A DNA stretch of 64,000 nucleotides from assembly GCF_006345805.1 (NCBI RefSeq), contig NC_043013.1, positions 46,934,001 through 46,998,000 on the forward strand. Direction: 5' to 3'. The notes under the pieces were generated by a model, which did not search any database, was not told where the DNA came from, and saw only the letters and a program-made list of their open reading frames with translations. Shown here in pieces: positions 36,769 to 50,741 of this stretch (position 1 is the stretch's first letter; each line of letters begins with the position of its first letter). The position numbers and the translations under genes are program-made. Origin of the DNA: Octopus sinensis (Eukaryota).

Positions 36769-37340
36769 CGACGGGCTTCTTTCAGTTTCCGTCTACCAAA
36801 TTCACTGACAAGGCTTTGGTTGGCCCGAGGCTATATTAGAAGACACTTGCCCAAGATGCCACGCAGTGGGACTGAACCCGGAATCGTGTGGTTGGGAAGC
36901 AAGCTTTTAACCACACAGCCACTCCTCAAACTATATTTTTTTATTCTTCTTTTATTCTTCTATTTCATTTTATTTTATTTGACTGCGGCCATGCTGGAAC
37001 ACCGCCTTTAGTCGAGCAAATCGACCCCACGACTTATTCTTCGTAAGCCTAGTACTTATTCAATCGTATCTGTTTTGCCGAACCGCTAAGTTACGGGGGC
37101 GTAAACACTTCAGCATCGGTTGATAAGCGATGTTGAGAAGAACAAACACACAGCCACACACACACACGTATATATATATATATATATATATATACGAAGG
37201 GTTTCTTTCAGTTTCCGTCTATCAAATCCACTCACAAGGCTTTGGTCGGCCCGAGGCTATAGTAGAAGACACTTGCCTAGGATGCCACGGAACAATGTGG
37301 CTGGTAAGCAAGGTACTTACCATACAGCCACTCCTGTGCC
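36520..37340 (-). mobile_element. Two head-to-tail family B (CORE-type) SINEs with internal AC/AT microsatellites
   Basis: Both contain GAAGACACTTGCC.AGATGCCACG and GGCCATGCTGGA.CACCGC. Confidence 0.9.
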
Positions 37341-37882
37341 TAGTATGTTTATGGAAAATATACAATGTCATAGTAATTAATGGTGTGGTGGTAACTCTGT
37401 CAATCGTAATTAACTTTCTCCCTTCTCTTTTTCTTTACCACTATTATATCATCAACGTTACTGTTGCTAGTGGCCGCGAACACTTTCTTTCCTTAGTGTA
37501 ATGGCCGCCTTAAGTTACATATGCAACGATATTAGTATCATAAACAGTGTATAGTAAATAGTTTATTGTTGTTGAGTGAATCATGTAGACATGATTTGAT
37601 TTTAGAAAAGAATGTGTTTTTTTTTTGTCTAAATGATCGCTTAATTTGGTCTGTTTCGTTTGAATCCAAAAATTCTTTACCATTTTTCTCAAATCATTTG
37701 TCCCAAGTGTCTACTTGTACAAACAACTATCTGTTGTTTAACTAAAACATTATTTTTATAATCCTCACATGTATAGTACTTGTGTGTTGGGTATTAGTTG
37801 TACTTATTGGATGGAATCGTTCTGATTTAAGTGCAGTCAAAGGCTCGCTCCAGCTTTGGCTCCCAAACACTGATCGCTTATA

Positions 37883-38379
37883 TTCATCATTGTTCGACCG
37901 TGGTCGAGGCAATGGAATTCACTATGTTACGCCAGACTTCACGGTCCATCATAGCATTACGGAGGTCCTGTTGCTGGATGCCTGTATCCCTGGAGATTAC
38001 ATCAGGGTAGGAGAGTGTGCGACCTCTGGTATCGCGAGCAGATGGCTTCCAGAGGAGAAGAGTAGAAATTACTTCGTTTTCAGCTCTACAACAATGTCCA
38101 GCAAACTGGACTCTTCTACCTTTCACAAGAGATGATACAGGTGGTAATTTCCCATATATTTGTACTTTGGTTGGATGACGCTTCCACGAGAGATTTTGAG
38201 CTCTCATAAGGAGGCGAGTGTAAGTTCCAACCAACCGCCTCTCGAGCTTCCAGGTTTCTGAGCCATATAGTAGAATTAGTTCGACTGTGGCTTTGAAGAT
38301 TTTCTAACTAGAAAGGGTATGGCCTGGTCAGCCTGTAATGATATGCATAAGATCTGGTCATCAAATCTAATTAGAGATT
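37883..38379 (-). mobile_element. 5'-truncated RTE-clade LINE with an inverted 5' segment
   Basis: Minus strand open from 38303 to 37887 (KIFKATVELILLYGSETW...RRVQFAGHCCRA...REVWRNIVNS*), TGATGA tail; plus strand 38298-38381 encodes DFLTRKGMAWSACNDMHKIWSSNLIRDF; TSD TCGCTTATA at 37874-37882 and 38380-38388. Confidence 0.92.
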
Positions 38380-38859
38380 TCGCTTATAATATTGATTTCA
38401 AATTTTGGCTCAAGGCCATCAATTTTGGGGGAGGGGTAAGTCTGTTACATCGATCCCCAAAAGCATAAAAGGCAAAGTGGATCTCAGCAGAATTTGAACT
38501 CAGGTGACTCTAAGAGTTTTGCCAGGCGTGTTAAAGATTCTATCAGCTCGCCGTCTTAAACTGATATTTTATACTATTGCAAATTATTTAACAATATTCC
38601 TTGTGAATTAAATTCTTGCTATACATAGAATAAGGGTCAGCTGGGCATGCTGGATTCCTATGTAATTGCTTTATTACATTTTATTGTTAATTCTGAGTTT
38701 TGATTTGGTAATGTTATTGAATTTTTCAGGGTAGGGAAGCTCAACGCGTTCAACCCGAGCCATTGTTGTTGTTAGTCTTGTAATTGTTGTTGTTATTATC
38801 ATTATTACTATCATGAGGCTTCGAATTTTCTCACTCGTTAACAACTCGGACAAAATACT

Positions 38860-39120
38860 TTTCTTCGGCTCTTTACTTTCCGAGTTCAGTTAACGCCGAG
38901 GTCAACTTTGCTTTCCATCATTTAGTGATCGATAAAATATACACACGATGAGTACTGAAGTCAATGTAATTGACTTCGGCCATGCTGGAGCACCGCCTTT
39001 AGTCGAGCAAATCGACCCCACGACTTATTCTTCGTAAGCCTAGTAGTTATTCCATCGTATTCCATCGTCAATGTAATTGACTTCCAGCTCTCCTCAAAAT
39101 TGCTGGCCCTTTGCCAAAAA
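38860..39120 (+). mobile_element. Family A SINE interrupted by a 90-bp family B fragment
   Basis: 17-bp direct repeat GTCAATGTAATTGACTT at 38960-38976 and 39067-39083 flanks the insert. Confidence 0.8.
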
Positions 39121-41099
39121 TTAAATGGAATAATTAATGTTATTAAAAATATTATAAGAATTATTCTTATTAAGGATTAACATCATCAATTAATAATTCT
39201 ACCTTAACTTTGCCTTAAGAAATTACGTAAGAGATTATCAATGATAATAATGATATTGTTGATGAAGAGGGGACGCCTGATGTGGATGAGTACATAAACA
39301 AAATAAGACTTTGCTCTCTAAATTAGTTTTATTTATTATAATTAATCATCATTTTTTTAAATTTTAAAGGCGCAATTAAAGACATTGTAAAGTTAAGTGA
39401 AAATTATGATCCAGTTTCGAGCATCTTAACTGTTGCGCCGAAGTTCCTCATTTCTTTTGCAGCATCGAGTGCGCTAAACTGTAGAGATTGACGTATTTGA
39501 TTATTATATTGCAACAGCAAATATCTCTTTGATTAAACATGTTTCATAAACAGACCCCATTCCAAGAGTTATCAATATATTTCTTCTTTAATTTTACATT
39601 GTAAACTTTCGCTCTTCTTTTTACTCTAATAATTGTAATACCATGTAAAATATGGAATGATTTGTAATTTGAAATTATAAACATTAGAGAATATGACGGA
39701 CTTGCTCTTTAACTCTCTCTTTTATTCCATCGTTTGTTAATTTTTATTGTTCTTCTCTGCACTCCAGTCAATTAGATAATTTGTTAGCTAATTAAATAAG
39801 TTAATATGAGCAACTTAGTAGTTCCCCGTGCTACTTAAAATATTGCAGTAAATATTAGCAAGTTGAAGAAGACAATGCGGGCCCACCGAAATCAGAGAAT
39901 AAGAAAAGGAAGGCTTTAGAAGCTGATAGATCTGCTGCATTGTTTTGATTCGTTCATACAAAGAGAACAAATTAAACTTGAACAAGTATTGTTTACTAAC
40001 AAACAATGAAAGGAGTAAACAAAAATAGCTTCATTATTCAACAACAACTATTGAACGACAAAGAAGAAAATTGGTGGATGTTGTTTGTCTTTTAACAATG
40101 AAGAAACAATAAAAATATGATTAAATGAAACGCGAATATTTGCTGTGGCAAAATTAAAATTTAAAATAAAAGCAATACAGTCAAAAGTTTAGGAGAATAC
40201 AAGAAAGCAGTACTGGTCGCTACTAATATAATACGTCGTATTTAAATATGAAACGGAAAAGTTTCATAATGCAAAGAATCTAAATTCTCAGCTAGAAGTC
40301 TATTGAAATAATTCGTTACAGCTAAGCATGAGATCGTTCTCCAGGCAATATCATCGAACTCCAGTGACCTTTACGTCCACACATTCACTAGTCATTATTT
40401 CAATAGTAACTGAAATATCGTCATTTTTAAGTGTATTCTCGAACATTGTGTGTATATATATGTACAGTATATTTATATATATATATATATATATATGTGT
40501 GTATGTGTGTATATATATATGTATGTATATATGTATATATGTATGTATAAATATATATACTCTTACACACACATACACACATATACATTCATGTACGTAT
40601 ATATATATATATACGCGTGGGTGTGTGTGGATATAATCTCTATATATATACATCTGTATATGTATATGTATGTGTAAGAGTGTTTCTATGTATATACACG
40701 TAGATACAAGTGTGTGTGTGTGTATGTGTGTGTGTGTGTGCTTGTGTGTATGTGTGTGTGAAGTAGGGTGTCAGATAAGTAACATAATTTGAGAAACATC
40801 GATCAATTAAGATTATCTTATCCAAGCATTTAATTGACAATATGCTGTGGAACCTTCTGTGTGCGAAATATGAAAATAATAAAAACAGAGTGTCTCGTAA
40901 CTAAAATAATGCGTTGAAAACTAAAATTAACTACGTTCAACAAAGCGAAAGCAATCACACTCTGATGTAGCTTCTCTGTGTAGTCAGGATAGCAAGTAAC
41001 TGCTCAGAGATCCTAAAGATCCCAAAGATATTCTAACCAATGAACTTTTAAATAAGCTTTCTCAGGCTGATGAGTCTATTGGCTCAGTTTCTTTCATGA

Positions 41100-42420
41100 T
41101 CACTAAAAAATATATAAGCAGAAACTCCTCCGCTTGAATCGGGTCCAAATTCTGTAAAACCCAAACTTATATAATAGTAAGTAGTCTGGAATGTCTAAGC
41201 TGTATTATGGAAGCTAGAGTGTGCTTCAATCTCAAACAGAATTAATACAAAATGATTGGAAAGATGCGCTGATTTTGGTTCTCTATAAACGGGTAGGTGG
41301 GTAGGAAGACTGTGGTAATTACAAAGGAGTATCACTCCTCTCTGTTGGCAAGGTGTTGTATAGGGAAGCATAGTAGAGTATTCAAAAACATCGTTGATGA
41401 GGTTCTCTTAGTCTCACTGTGGTTTCACAAATAGCATGGTGACAACCATATGATCCTTTCTGCCAGGCAATTACAATAAATTTGAGCAGATGATGGACTT
41501 GTATCAAGTCGTTCATTATGTGAGTTAGAGAGATTTGATACAATGAATAGCATTGTCTTATGGAACATTCTGAAGAGGCTCGAGTGTCTTGATATGCTTT
41601 CTTCTATGCTTAGAATTCTTCATTATGGAATAAATACATGTGACAACTTGGTAAGTTCACCGATCAAATATTAAGAGAGAATGGTGTTAAGCAAGGGGAT
41701 ATAGGAGGGCCAACCTTGTTCGGATTGAACTTTACAAAGTCTTTTGATAGTTGTTTACATTGGGTCAGCATTTCATGCTGAATATAAGACGGTTTGCTTC
41801 CACAACAAATCTGTCTCCATCACTAATACGTGAATTCTTGTATGATAATGACTATTATATTGTTGCTCAATGGCATGCAGCATCTTATGAACTCCTCGAC
41901 AACATAATGTGCATGGCGTCTAAAAAAATGAGTCCTTATGTACAAATCAGCACTAAGTAAAGTCTACACTGAGCTCCAAATTTATGTGTATGGACATAAA
42001 TTGCGTGCTGTGGATAAATTCGTGCGTTTAGACAGTGGTGTGAATTTGACAAATACTCTTCAAGGTGAAATTTCGCTCCGATTCAAGAAAGCTAGAGATG
42101 TGCATGTGAAAAATTTGAGAGATGTTTATAGCCTCAACATGGAATTCCACTTAAGACAAAGTCGGGTGTCTACAATATTTCTGTTTTGTTTTCGTTGCTA
42201 TATGCATGTGAGACCGAGATTACTTGCCGGAGACATATGGAAAGTTTGTGTGATTTCACTTCCAGCCTTTCTACAGTGTATTGGGTATCCGATGACAAAT
42301 GCGTATAAGTGAGTTTGAAAGCATCGAACGCAGTCGGTCTACTAGTATAGAGTGTCTAGTACTTCAGCACTGACTATGATGGGGTGGTAATGTGGTTAGG
42401 ATGGAAGGCGACCGAAACTC
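41100..42420 (+). pseudogene. Heavily decayed RTE-BovB-like reverse transcriptase
   Basis: Frame-broken motifs in the expected order: NDWKDA, DCGNYKGVSLL, NGVKQGD (GVKQG at 41683-41697), NIRRF...LIREFLYDND (cf. LIRELLFADD), GHKLRAVDKF. Confidence 0.8.
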
Positions 42421-42447
42421 TAAGCAATTTCTGTACAGCTTGCTGTA

Positions 42448-42462
42448 ATAATAATAATAATA

Positions 42463-42500
<38 letters not shown>

Positions 42501-42522
42501 CAATAATAATAAAAATAATAAA

Positions 42523-42581
<59 letters not shown>

Positions 42582-42587
42582 CAACAA

Positions 42588-42653
<66 letters not shown>

Positions 42654-42794
42654 GGCCCGAAATTTTGGGGAAGGGGACCAGTCGATTAGAACGACCCCAG
42701 TTCGCAACTGGTACTTAATTTATCGACCCCGAAAAGATGAAAGGCAAAGTCGACTTCGGCGCAATTTGAACTCAGAACAATAATAATATTAATG

Positions 42795-42843
<49 letters not shown>
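42448..42843. repeat. (AAT)n tract interrupted by a family A SINE fragment (42655-42778, minus)
   Basis: Directly visible. Confidence 0.9.
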
Positions 42844-42845
<2 letters not shown>

Positions 42846-43129
42846 GGCATCCTTCATTGAACATACTTATGAAATAATTTCGGCCATAGCCATCTCGCTG
42901 AATTCCGAGTTATTGAGTATCTGTGTCTACGTTATCCAATGTTTTCTAGTAATTTTTTGTGTGTGTACTTTAGAGCATGCTGTGAAAGAGAATTGGCTTC
43001 TTGTATTAGCTGATGGATGGACCACGTAGAGGTCCTGTCATCAACAAATTTTAGTTTTGTACCTTAGTCAACAGTAGAAAATAGTTATTCGTGCAATTTG
43101 AAATATAGACGACTGAATTTTTATTTTCT

Positions 43130-43520
43130 ACTTCGTTCAGTCATTGGGCTACAGCCATTGAAGAATTTTTAGTCGAATGAATCGACTCCAAACCTTAAAT
43201 TTTAAAAGCCACGTGCTTATTCTCTCGGTTTCTATGCCAAATTGCTATGTTACGGGTTACGGGGCTGTAAACACTCCAACACCGTTTGTCAAACAGTTGT
43301 GGTAGTGAGGGGAAAAACACAGACACAAAAATACACTTGCACATTGCGTATAAATACGTCAGGCTTCTTTCAGTTTCCCTCTACCAAATCCACTCACAAG
43401 GCTGTCGTCGGCCTGCGGTTACAGTTGAAGACACTTGACCAAGGTGCCACGCAGTGGGACTGAACCTGGAACCACGTGGTTAGGAAGCAAGCTTTTTATC
43501 ACGCAGCCACGCCTGCACCT
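43130..43520 (-). mobile_element. SINE family B, diverged
   Basis: GAAGACACTTGACCAAGGTGCCACGCAGTGGGACTGAACC. Confidence 0.8.
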
Positions 43521-45332
43521 ATAAAGTTTGCGGAAAATATTCTATGTATTTTACCGAGCTTTAAACTTTTCGGTTTGTAGGGAGCAAAGTTTGTTGAAAA
43601 AATAATACACGGAATATATTCTTCAGAAATGTCAACAAAATCTAAAGCAGGCATTTTTCTTTTCCTCTGAATAACTTTCTTTTTCACACTTTTTTTCAGG
43701 AATTTTAATCTCGGTTATACACAACTGCAAAAGATGAAAATAACTAAATAAATAAAATAAAATTCTGTAAAAGATTTCTGTTTGGCCTGATGCAACTTAA
43801 TGCAGAGCGCCTATTAAGATGAACTGATAAGTAAAGAAGATCAGTGGTAGAAAAGGTGTGTAGTGTGTGACTGTTGAAATATTCATCAGGAATTACCTTG
43901 CAAAATAATTCTTTTTGAATTCATTAAAAAGTTTAGAAGAAAAAAAAGCGTTAACGTGTTCTGACACATACATACACACTGTGACTTTACGTTGTATTTT
44001 ATTCCAAATTCTTTGAAATCGTAACAAAACCTTAATATAATTAAATTACAATTATTTGCAAGATATATCTACTTACTGGTGTAAATTAATGCACTTATCA
44101 AATGGAAATTTCTTTGGACGGAATCTACCTGGCAACACCATTGCACGTTTAGATTTTCTGATCAAACCATCGCTTGCCTTTGTTATTTTCAATTTTTTTT
44201 TTCATTCGTCAAGATTTCTTCCCAATGATTTCATTTAACGTTCAGATATTCCTAAATGCTCTATTTTCATGTTTTTTTTTTGTTTTGTTTTGTTTTATTA
44301 TTTTTTTTTTTACCTTCGTAAAATCTTGCATCATTTCAGTCTTTTCTGCAGCAATTTATCTGTATTCTTTACTTCTCAATCTTTTTCTTTTTTTATTCTT
44401 TTTTTACATACTTAATTTCTATTTCTACTCTTACTGATTATTTCAGCCTACTTTGTTTCTTAGTTTTATTCCTACCTACCCCCACCCCCACCACCACCAT
44501 CCATACCATACACATAGCACCTTCCATCTCTACTTCACTCTCACTTATTCTCCACTTTCTACTTTTCTTTTAACACCACTCACATTTGCGTTAGTCTTGC
44601 TTTGTTTCTTGATTTCTTTTTATATGTAAAATAGTTTCCGATAGATTACTTCTCTCTCCTTCTCTTCCCCCCTCACGCTCTCTCTCTCTCTCTCTCTCTC
44701 TCTATCACTCTTTTTTCTTCTTCTCAATATGACTATTCTAATTCAACTCTTCCGCTTTTCTTAATCGACTTTTAGTCTGTTACAATTATCACTTCCTTAA
44801 ATTTACCGTCCTTTTTGCCGCCGTATCTTTTTCATTGCCAACTTGTTGATAATGAACACGTAATTTTATATATTTATTTATTAAATTCATTCTACTCAGT
44901 TCTGCCAAAATATCACGTATGTGGCATCAGCACTTCAGTCTACTGAAATATCACATTAGCAGTTGTCTCCTCTACAATTTCTATAATACACATTCGCACA
45001 TGCATACACATACAAACCACAATTTTATATACATTGAACAATATTAATTAAGATTACTAAGCTGCTATGAATTCTTTGACAGCGTATCATGTTGGGAGTT
45101 AAACTATGAAATAATGCTTACCAGTAGGTTAAAAAGAGGACAAAACAACAACTACAGACAACAGCAAACAACAATAAGCACTTCAGACTAATCTAACTTA
45201 TACATTAGCAAAAGTAAACACAATCCCAAGGATATTTTCACAGTGAAATAATATCACGAGATATGTTATTAATACAAAAAGAGAATATTTTATCTTTAAC
45301 AGAAATCTCAAGAATTAATTGTTGGAATATTT

Positions 45333-45745
45333 GGATCTTTTCGGTTTGAACGGCAGTTTTTAACATAATTTCTAGGTAACTAAAAAATTTTAAACGTCGT
45401 ATACTGGTAGAATGTGTTTATAAAACATCTTTTTCTCTTGGCTTTATTGAGAAAATTCTATAGTTTGTAAGATATTTGTTGTTTTTTTTTCTTCAATTTC
45501 TGCAATTTCAGCCAATCACTGACGTCTATTGAGGTAAAAAAAACACTGTGCCGTATGAATATGTCCCTCGTTTAAGAAACAGATTGGGTTTATTTACATT
45601 TGTGAAGAAAAAAAAGATACCCTTCCTCCCACCCCTAACCCTAAAACAGATTGAAATGCAATAGATCGATACTAGGGTCATAATTATGGGTGACAATTTT
45701 ATATGACACCAGTAGAAAAAACTGCCGTTCAAACCGAAAAGATCC
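45333..45745. mobile_element. Merlin-like MITE, copy 2; an additional right-end fragment lies at 46683-46751
   Basis: 29-bp perfect TIR GGATCTTTTCGGTTTGAACGGCAGTTTTT; reverse complement of 8904-9322; no 8-bp TSD, flanked instead by 166-bp direct repeats. Confidence 0.85.
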
Positions 45746-46059
45746 AACAACAATAAACACTTAAGACTAATCTAACTTATACATTAGCAAAAGTAAACAC
45801 AATCCCAAGTATAATATCACAGTTAAATAATATCACGATATATTCTATTAATACAAAAACAGAATATTTTATCTTTAACAGAAATCTCAAGAATTAATTG
45901 TTAGAATATTTCATTGAAAGTATTTATCAGTACGAAAAAATGTGGTAAGTGATTAGCATATTTACTCTGCTCTAGTTGTGGAGTTCCTTTTCACTCACCT
46001 GCTAATGAATACAGTTCATTTTTCTAAATATACTTCAATAGTGGGATCGACGCGGATTA

Positions 46060-46400
46060 ACAACTGCAGATAAATGGCAGCAAGAAAAAAAAACACAGGG
46101 AATTCCAAAGACTGTCGTTTGGGTGAAGAAAGAAAGAATGGATACAGTAGTAGTTAGTACGGATTCTGGGTAATGATGGCAGAATATGTGTAAGAAGGAG
46201 AAAAGTGTGATCTAAGCCAACTGCAAAGAGCACAAGCGACTGTAGGTGTGGTAGAACATTTCCGTTGATGAGAGAGAGCACATCCGTGGTTAGAAGCTGG
46301 ACTGTGTCGCTAAGCAAGGAGACAGCCGGCGCATGGTGCAGGGGATGAATTGTTGGTGAGAGTGATCTGAACATAAGGCATGAAATAACAAGTTGCAATG
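46060..46400 (-). mobile_element. CR1/Jockey-like LINE 3' remnant
   Basis: LPRIRTNYY..SFF...LWNSL resembles the C-terminus of CR1/Jockey-type ORF2 (from recall). Confidence 0.55.
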
Positions 46401-48120
46401 TTGTTTTCCCTTGTTATTCTGAAACAGTTACCTCTAGCTGTAGCTCCCACACTTATCAAACTCCTCTCTCTCTCTCTCTCTCTCTCTCACCTCCATCTAT
46501 CTCTGTCGATTATCAAGCTCACCTCAGATTTTCATATTTCCGACGCTACTGCTTTCTCTTTCAATATTTCGTAGGTGATATATACTGATCCAAACCATCA
46601 TTAATAATTGGCTTTATCACCAGATTAAGTCTTCTAATGACGCGCAGTATTATTTTTCTTGTAGGGCCATGTGTATCTGAGAGTCATAATTATGGGTGAC
46701 AATTTCATATGACACCGCTAGAAAAAACTGCCGTTCAAACCGAAAAGATCCTTAATCTAACTTATGCATTAGCAAAAGTAAACACAATCCCAAGGATATT
46801 TTCACAGTTAAATAATATCACGAGATATGTTATTAATACAAAAACAGAATATTTTATCTTTAACAGAAATCTCAAGAATTAATTGTTGGAATATTTCATT
46901 AAAAGTATTTATCAGGAACTGCAAAAAAGTCACAACTTTTATCCTACATTCTATGAACTCTACCAATTCGCCACCTGTATTTGGTTCATCAGGAATAATT
47001 TGGTATTAAACAATTCCTTGTATTCACCACACACTGAAGAAAATGATATCATCCTTATCACTTTTCCCTTTTCATGCTCAAACGTACTCACCCATATTCC
47101 ACACCTCAAACTTCTACATACATAACATTCTCCACAGCATAACTGCAATGTAGTCCCCTGCTATACAACAAATACGTTCCCAAACTCTCAATAAATATAA
47201 TCGATATCAAATGTAAGCCTTAACATTTGCTTCAGTTGCAGGGCTCATAATTTTTGACGATCTTTCTAAACAACCTCACTTATACAACAATGTAAAATTA
47301 TGTACAGTGTATACAAGTCCCAAAAATCTTTTGGCTCTGATAACCTGAAAATATCAAGAAAACCCACATTCGAGTACTGAGCCAATAAGGAAGGTTTTAC
47401 GTGGTCAGTGCACCTGTCAAAAACTGCAGCTAAATCTCTTTCATATCACACCTTATCTCTTCAAATTTCTTTTTAAAAAAAGGTAGATCGTATTGGATAA
47501 TGTAGTTTTATAAAGATAATATGATCACGTTTGGGATACCTTTTGATCACAGGCTTACTAAACGAGGGTTCACTGGGTGTAAACAACAACAGCAACTGGA
47601 AGAACAACAACTGTAACCAAGGTAACTATCATTCATGTATCTGGGATGGTTCTGCTGTTATACACAGAATGCAGATGATAGAGGAAAGAAGGAAAAAAAG
47701 AAAAGCAAATAGCACTGACTTACCGAAATACACTTTCTTTGTTCTGCATCTCTTTCCTTTTTTTTAAAGCAGTCACAACTCCTTTGAACATTAAAGCTGT
47801 TTATCAAACCTACCGAATGCAATTCATCTTACACACGTGCCTGCTTAATGCATTTATCTATACAGATTCCCTCCAAATGCATCTTCGTCTCCCCCTTACA
47901 TGTTTCCCGATCTCAGCAATTCGCTCAAATACTCCTCAAGAGGTTACCTGTGAAGTTACGCTACCATTTTGTGAGCCACTGAAACAGTATTTGTATCACC
48001 TCTAAGAAATAGCTTCCACATCTTTCTGAAATAATAGGCTGCAGTTTCGCAAAACAAAAACTCCAGCTGACCTGGAAGTAAGCAGCAGCAGCAACGACAA
48101 TAACAACAACAGCAACAACA

Positions 48121-48545
48121 GGAGGCGCAATGGCCCAATGGTTAGGGCAGTGGACTCGCTGTCGGAGGATCGCGGTTTCGATTCCCAGACCGGGCGTTGT
48201 GTGTGTTTATTGAGCGAAAACACCTAAAGCTCCACGAAGCTCCGGCAGGGGTGGTGGCGACCCCTGTTGTACTCTTTCGCCCCAACTTTCTCTCACTCTT
48301 TCTTCCTGTTTCTTGTCTCCGACTTCCTATGCAACCGTCTGAGCCTGGATGCGCATTCATCCATCCGTTGATGCTCTCGGTGTCGGGGGTTGACTTGTTT
48401 TCTCTTCTGCGGGCCTTACGAATAGCAAAGGACCACGTTTCGGACTTCTCCCATCTTGCGAACTCTGGGACGAAGACCGTTCGCTCAACAGCAACAGCAA
48501 CAGCAGAAACAACAGTAACAGCGGCATCAGCAACAACAACAACAA
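48121..48545 (+). mobile_element. Full-length SINE family C with tail type 2
   Basis: Highly similar to 33904-34282; embedded in a CAA/CAG repeat. Confidence 0.9.
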
Positions 48546-50196
48546 CAACTATTTTAGCCCATCGTTTATGCCGAGTTTTTTTCCGGATTTCAAGTGCGTC
48601 TCCATAAAATAATATTTTAAATAATGTATGTGATATTTGTAATACCAACTTGCAAACAACACACACACGCACACACGCACACACGCACACACGCACACAC
48701 ACACACACGTGTGCATGCATTCCACAGCGCAGGTATGAGATAAGTTGGTTAGTTTAACAAACATGAATACAGTCAATCCGGTGAATATCAAGATGCAAGA
48801 AGGAATCTACTCTCAGACCAAGATGTCAGAATTATCCGAGAACCAGCTAATCGTTCAACCAAAGCATAAAGTTGATTCTTTAATAATAGTGATTGCACTC
48901 CCATCTCAGCAATAGACTAAAGAGCTATACAACAATATTTACTTCTTAATTCTGTAATTTTAGCAACGATGATCTGACCATCGAAGAGAATTGCATATTT
49001 AACAAGTAAAAGTTCAGAGTCTGTCGTCTGTTTAGTCGATTTGCCTTCAGTTTTACTGTGTAGAATTGGAAAATAAATTTCTTTTTGGACTAAAGTATTA
49101 TAAGGGGCGGAGGGAAATTTCATCGAGGCAGTTCTTTCCAGGGGCATTGGAGGTATGAAGAAGAAAATATGATCAGAATCGGAACCGGGATCCTGCTGTC
49201 TATCAAATGGAACTTTTAGGAACCAAAAACGGAGTCTCTAAGCAATCGCTAAAAACCCTGCTAGAAAAAGCCGCAAAATCTTCCTTAAATGATCTTCCCC
49301 CTTCAAAAATGGATAGAATATGTGGAACAGCAATGTCGTATATATGCTTAAAAAGCGAAGTAATTACGGCTGAAATATTTCTGATTACAAGTTTAGCCAA
49401 TTAGCGCCGACAGACAGCTAAACAACCGCAAGATTTCTTTCATTTTGTATTATCTTTATTTGTTGCTGTTGTTGTTTACACCCAGTAAATAATCTTATTT
49501 CGTATGAATTGCTGGCAAGGTCACAGTATTTCGTTTCGCAACCATAATGTACTACCATGTATATTACAGGTTTACGAGTCAATACTGCCTTACATTGTGT
49601 TAGAAGTGCGATATTTTCTCTTTGAAGTTTTTCTCTATAGAATTTCTATAGTGATAAATGTAAAAGCGAATTTCTTATTTAGATGCTGACCCATCTCCAC
49701 ATTTATTCGGTGTCGACTGCTATTATGTAACCTACATGTGCCTTTCGAGGGGTGTTTTACACATATGTGAAATGAATTCGTTTCAAACAAGAATCGAAAC
49801 CTGGTTGAACATTCATCTCACCTGGCTCTTATTTCCTTCACCTCTGCCTCAGTTACACTTTATATAGACATATTAACACTCCTATAATATTAAACGAAAT
49901 TAAGTAAAGTTTTTTACTCCACCACACAAAATTATCAAGTGAATTTAACCTGCTATCAAAACGTAATTAACTGCAATTAATTTAATATAATTAATATAAT
50001 TAGAAAAGATTGGGAACTTTGTTTGAATTAAATGTAATCAACAAGAACTTTTCTCACCTCATACATCCTTAGAGACAGTAATCTAATAGGGGCCTTTTAA
50101 TAGGAATCTAAGAGTGATTAGCAGAGTAGAAAGGTGAAACAAGGTACAAATTGTGACAGCAACGTTTCGTGCATTCGCTTGCTTTCACACACACAT

Positions 50197-50247
<51 letters not shown>

Positions 50248-50566
50248 TACATACACCACTCACACACTTATACTCACGCATACCCATACATACACACAGG
50301 CACACATACACACACATATACATATATATGCATATGCACATATGCATTCATACGCACGCAGATAGTTTCTAGCTTTGTGTTTGCCGTTAGATTTTAAAGC
50401 GAAAAGCACGACATTAGCAAGATTGTTTCTCGTAGTAAACCAGTCGTTCAGGCCACCAAGTAGATATCCTTTAAGTTCATCGCACATTAATATTATGGCT
50501 AGTGTGAAGGAAGACCAGAGTCGCGGGGGATTAAGCAGAGGAGAAAAGGGAGAGACAGCAAGGGAG

Positions 50567-50609
<43 letters not shown>

Positions 50610-50705
50610 AGAAAGAAAGAGACAGACAGAAAGAAAGGGAGACAGAATTATAAGGAGGAAAGGTAATGAAATACACACACACACTCACACACACACACAC
50701 ATATA

Positions 50706-50741
<36 letters not shown>

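Noticed and set aside
48142-48720. 192-aa and 136-aa ORFs
   Set aside because: Read through a family C SINE and flanking microsatellites.
50140-50180. Hammerhead on the minus strand (CGAAACGTT)
   Set aside because: No CUGANGA core and no convincing stems.
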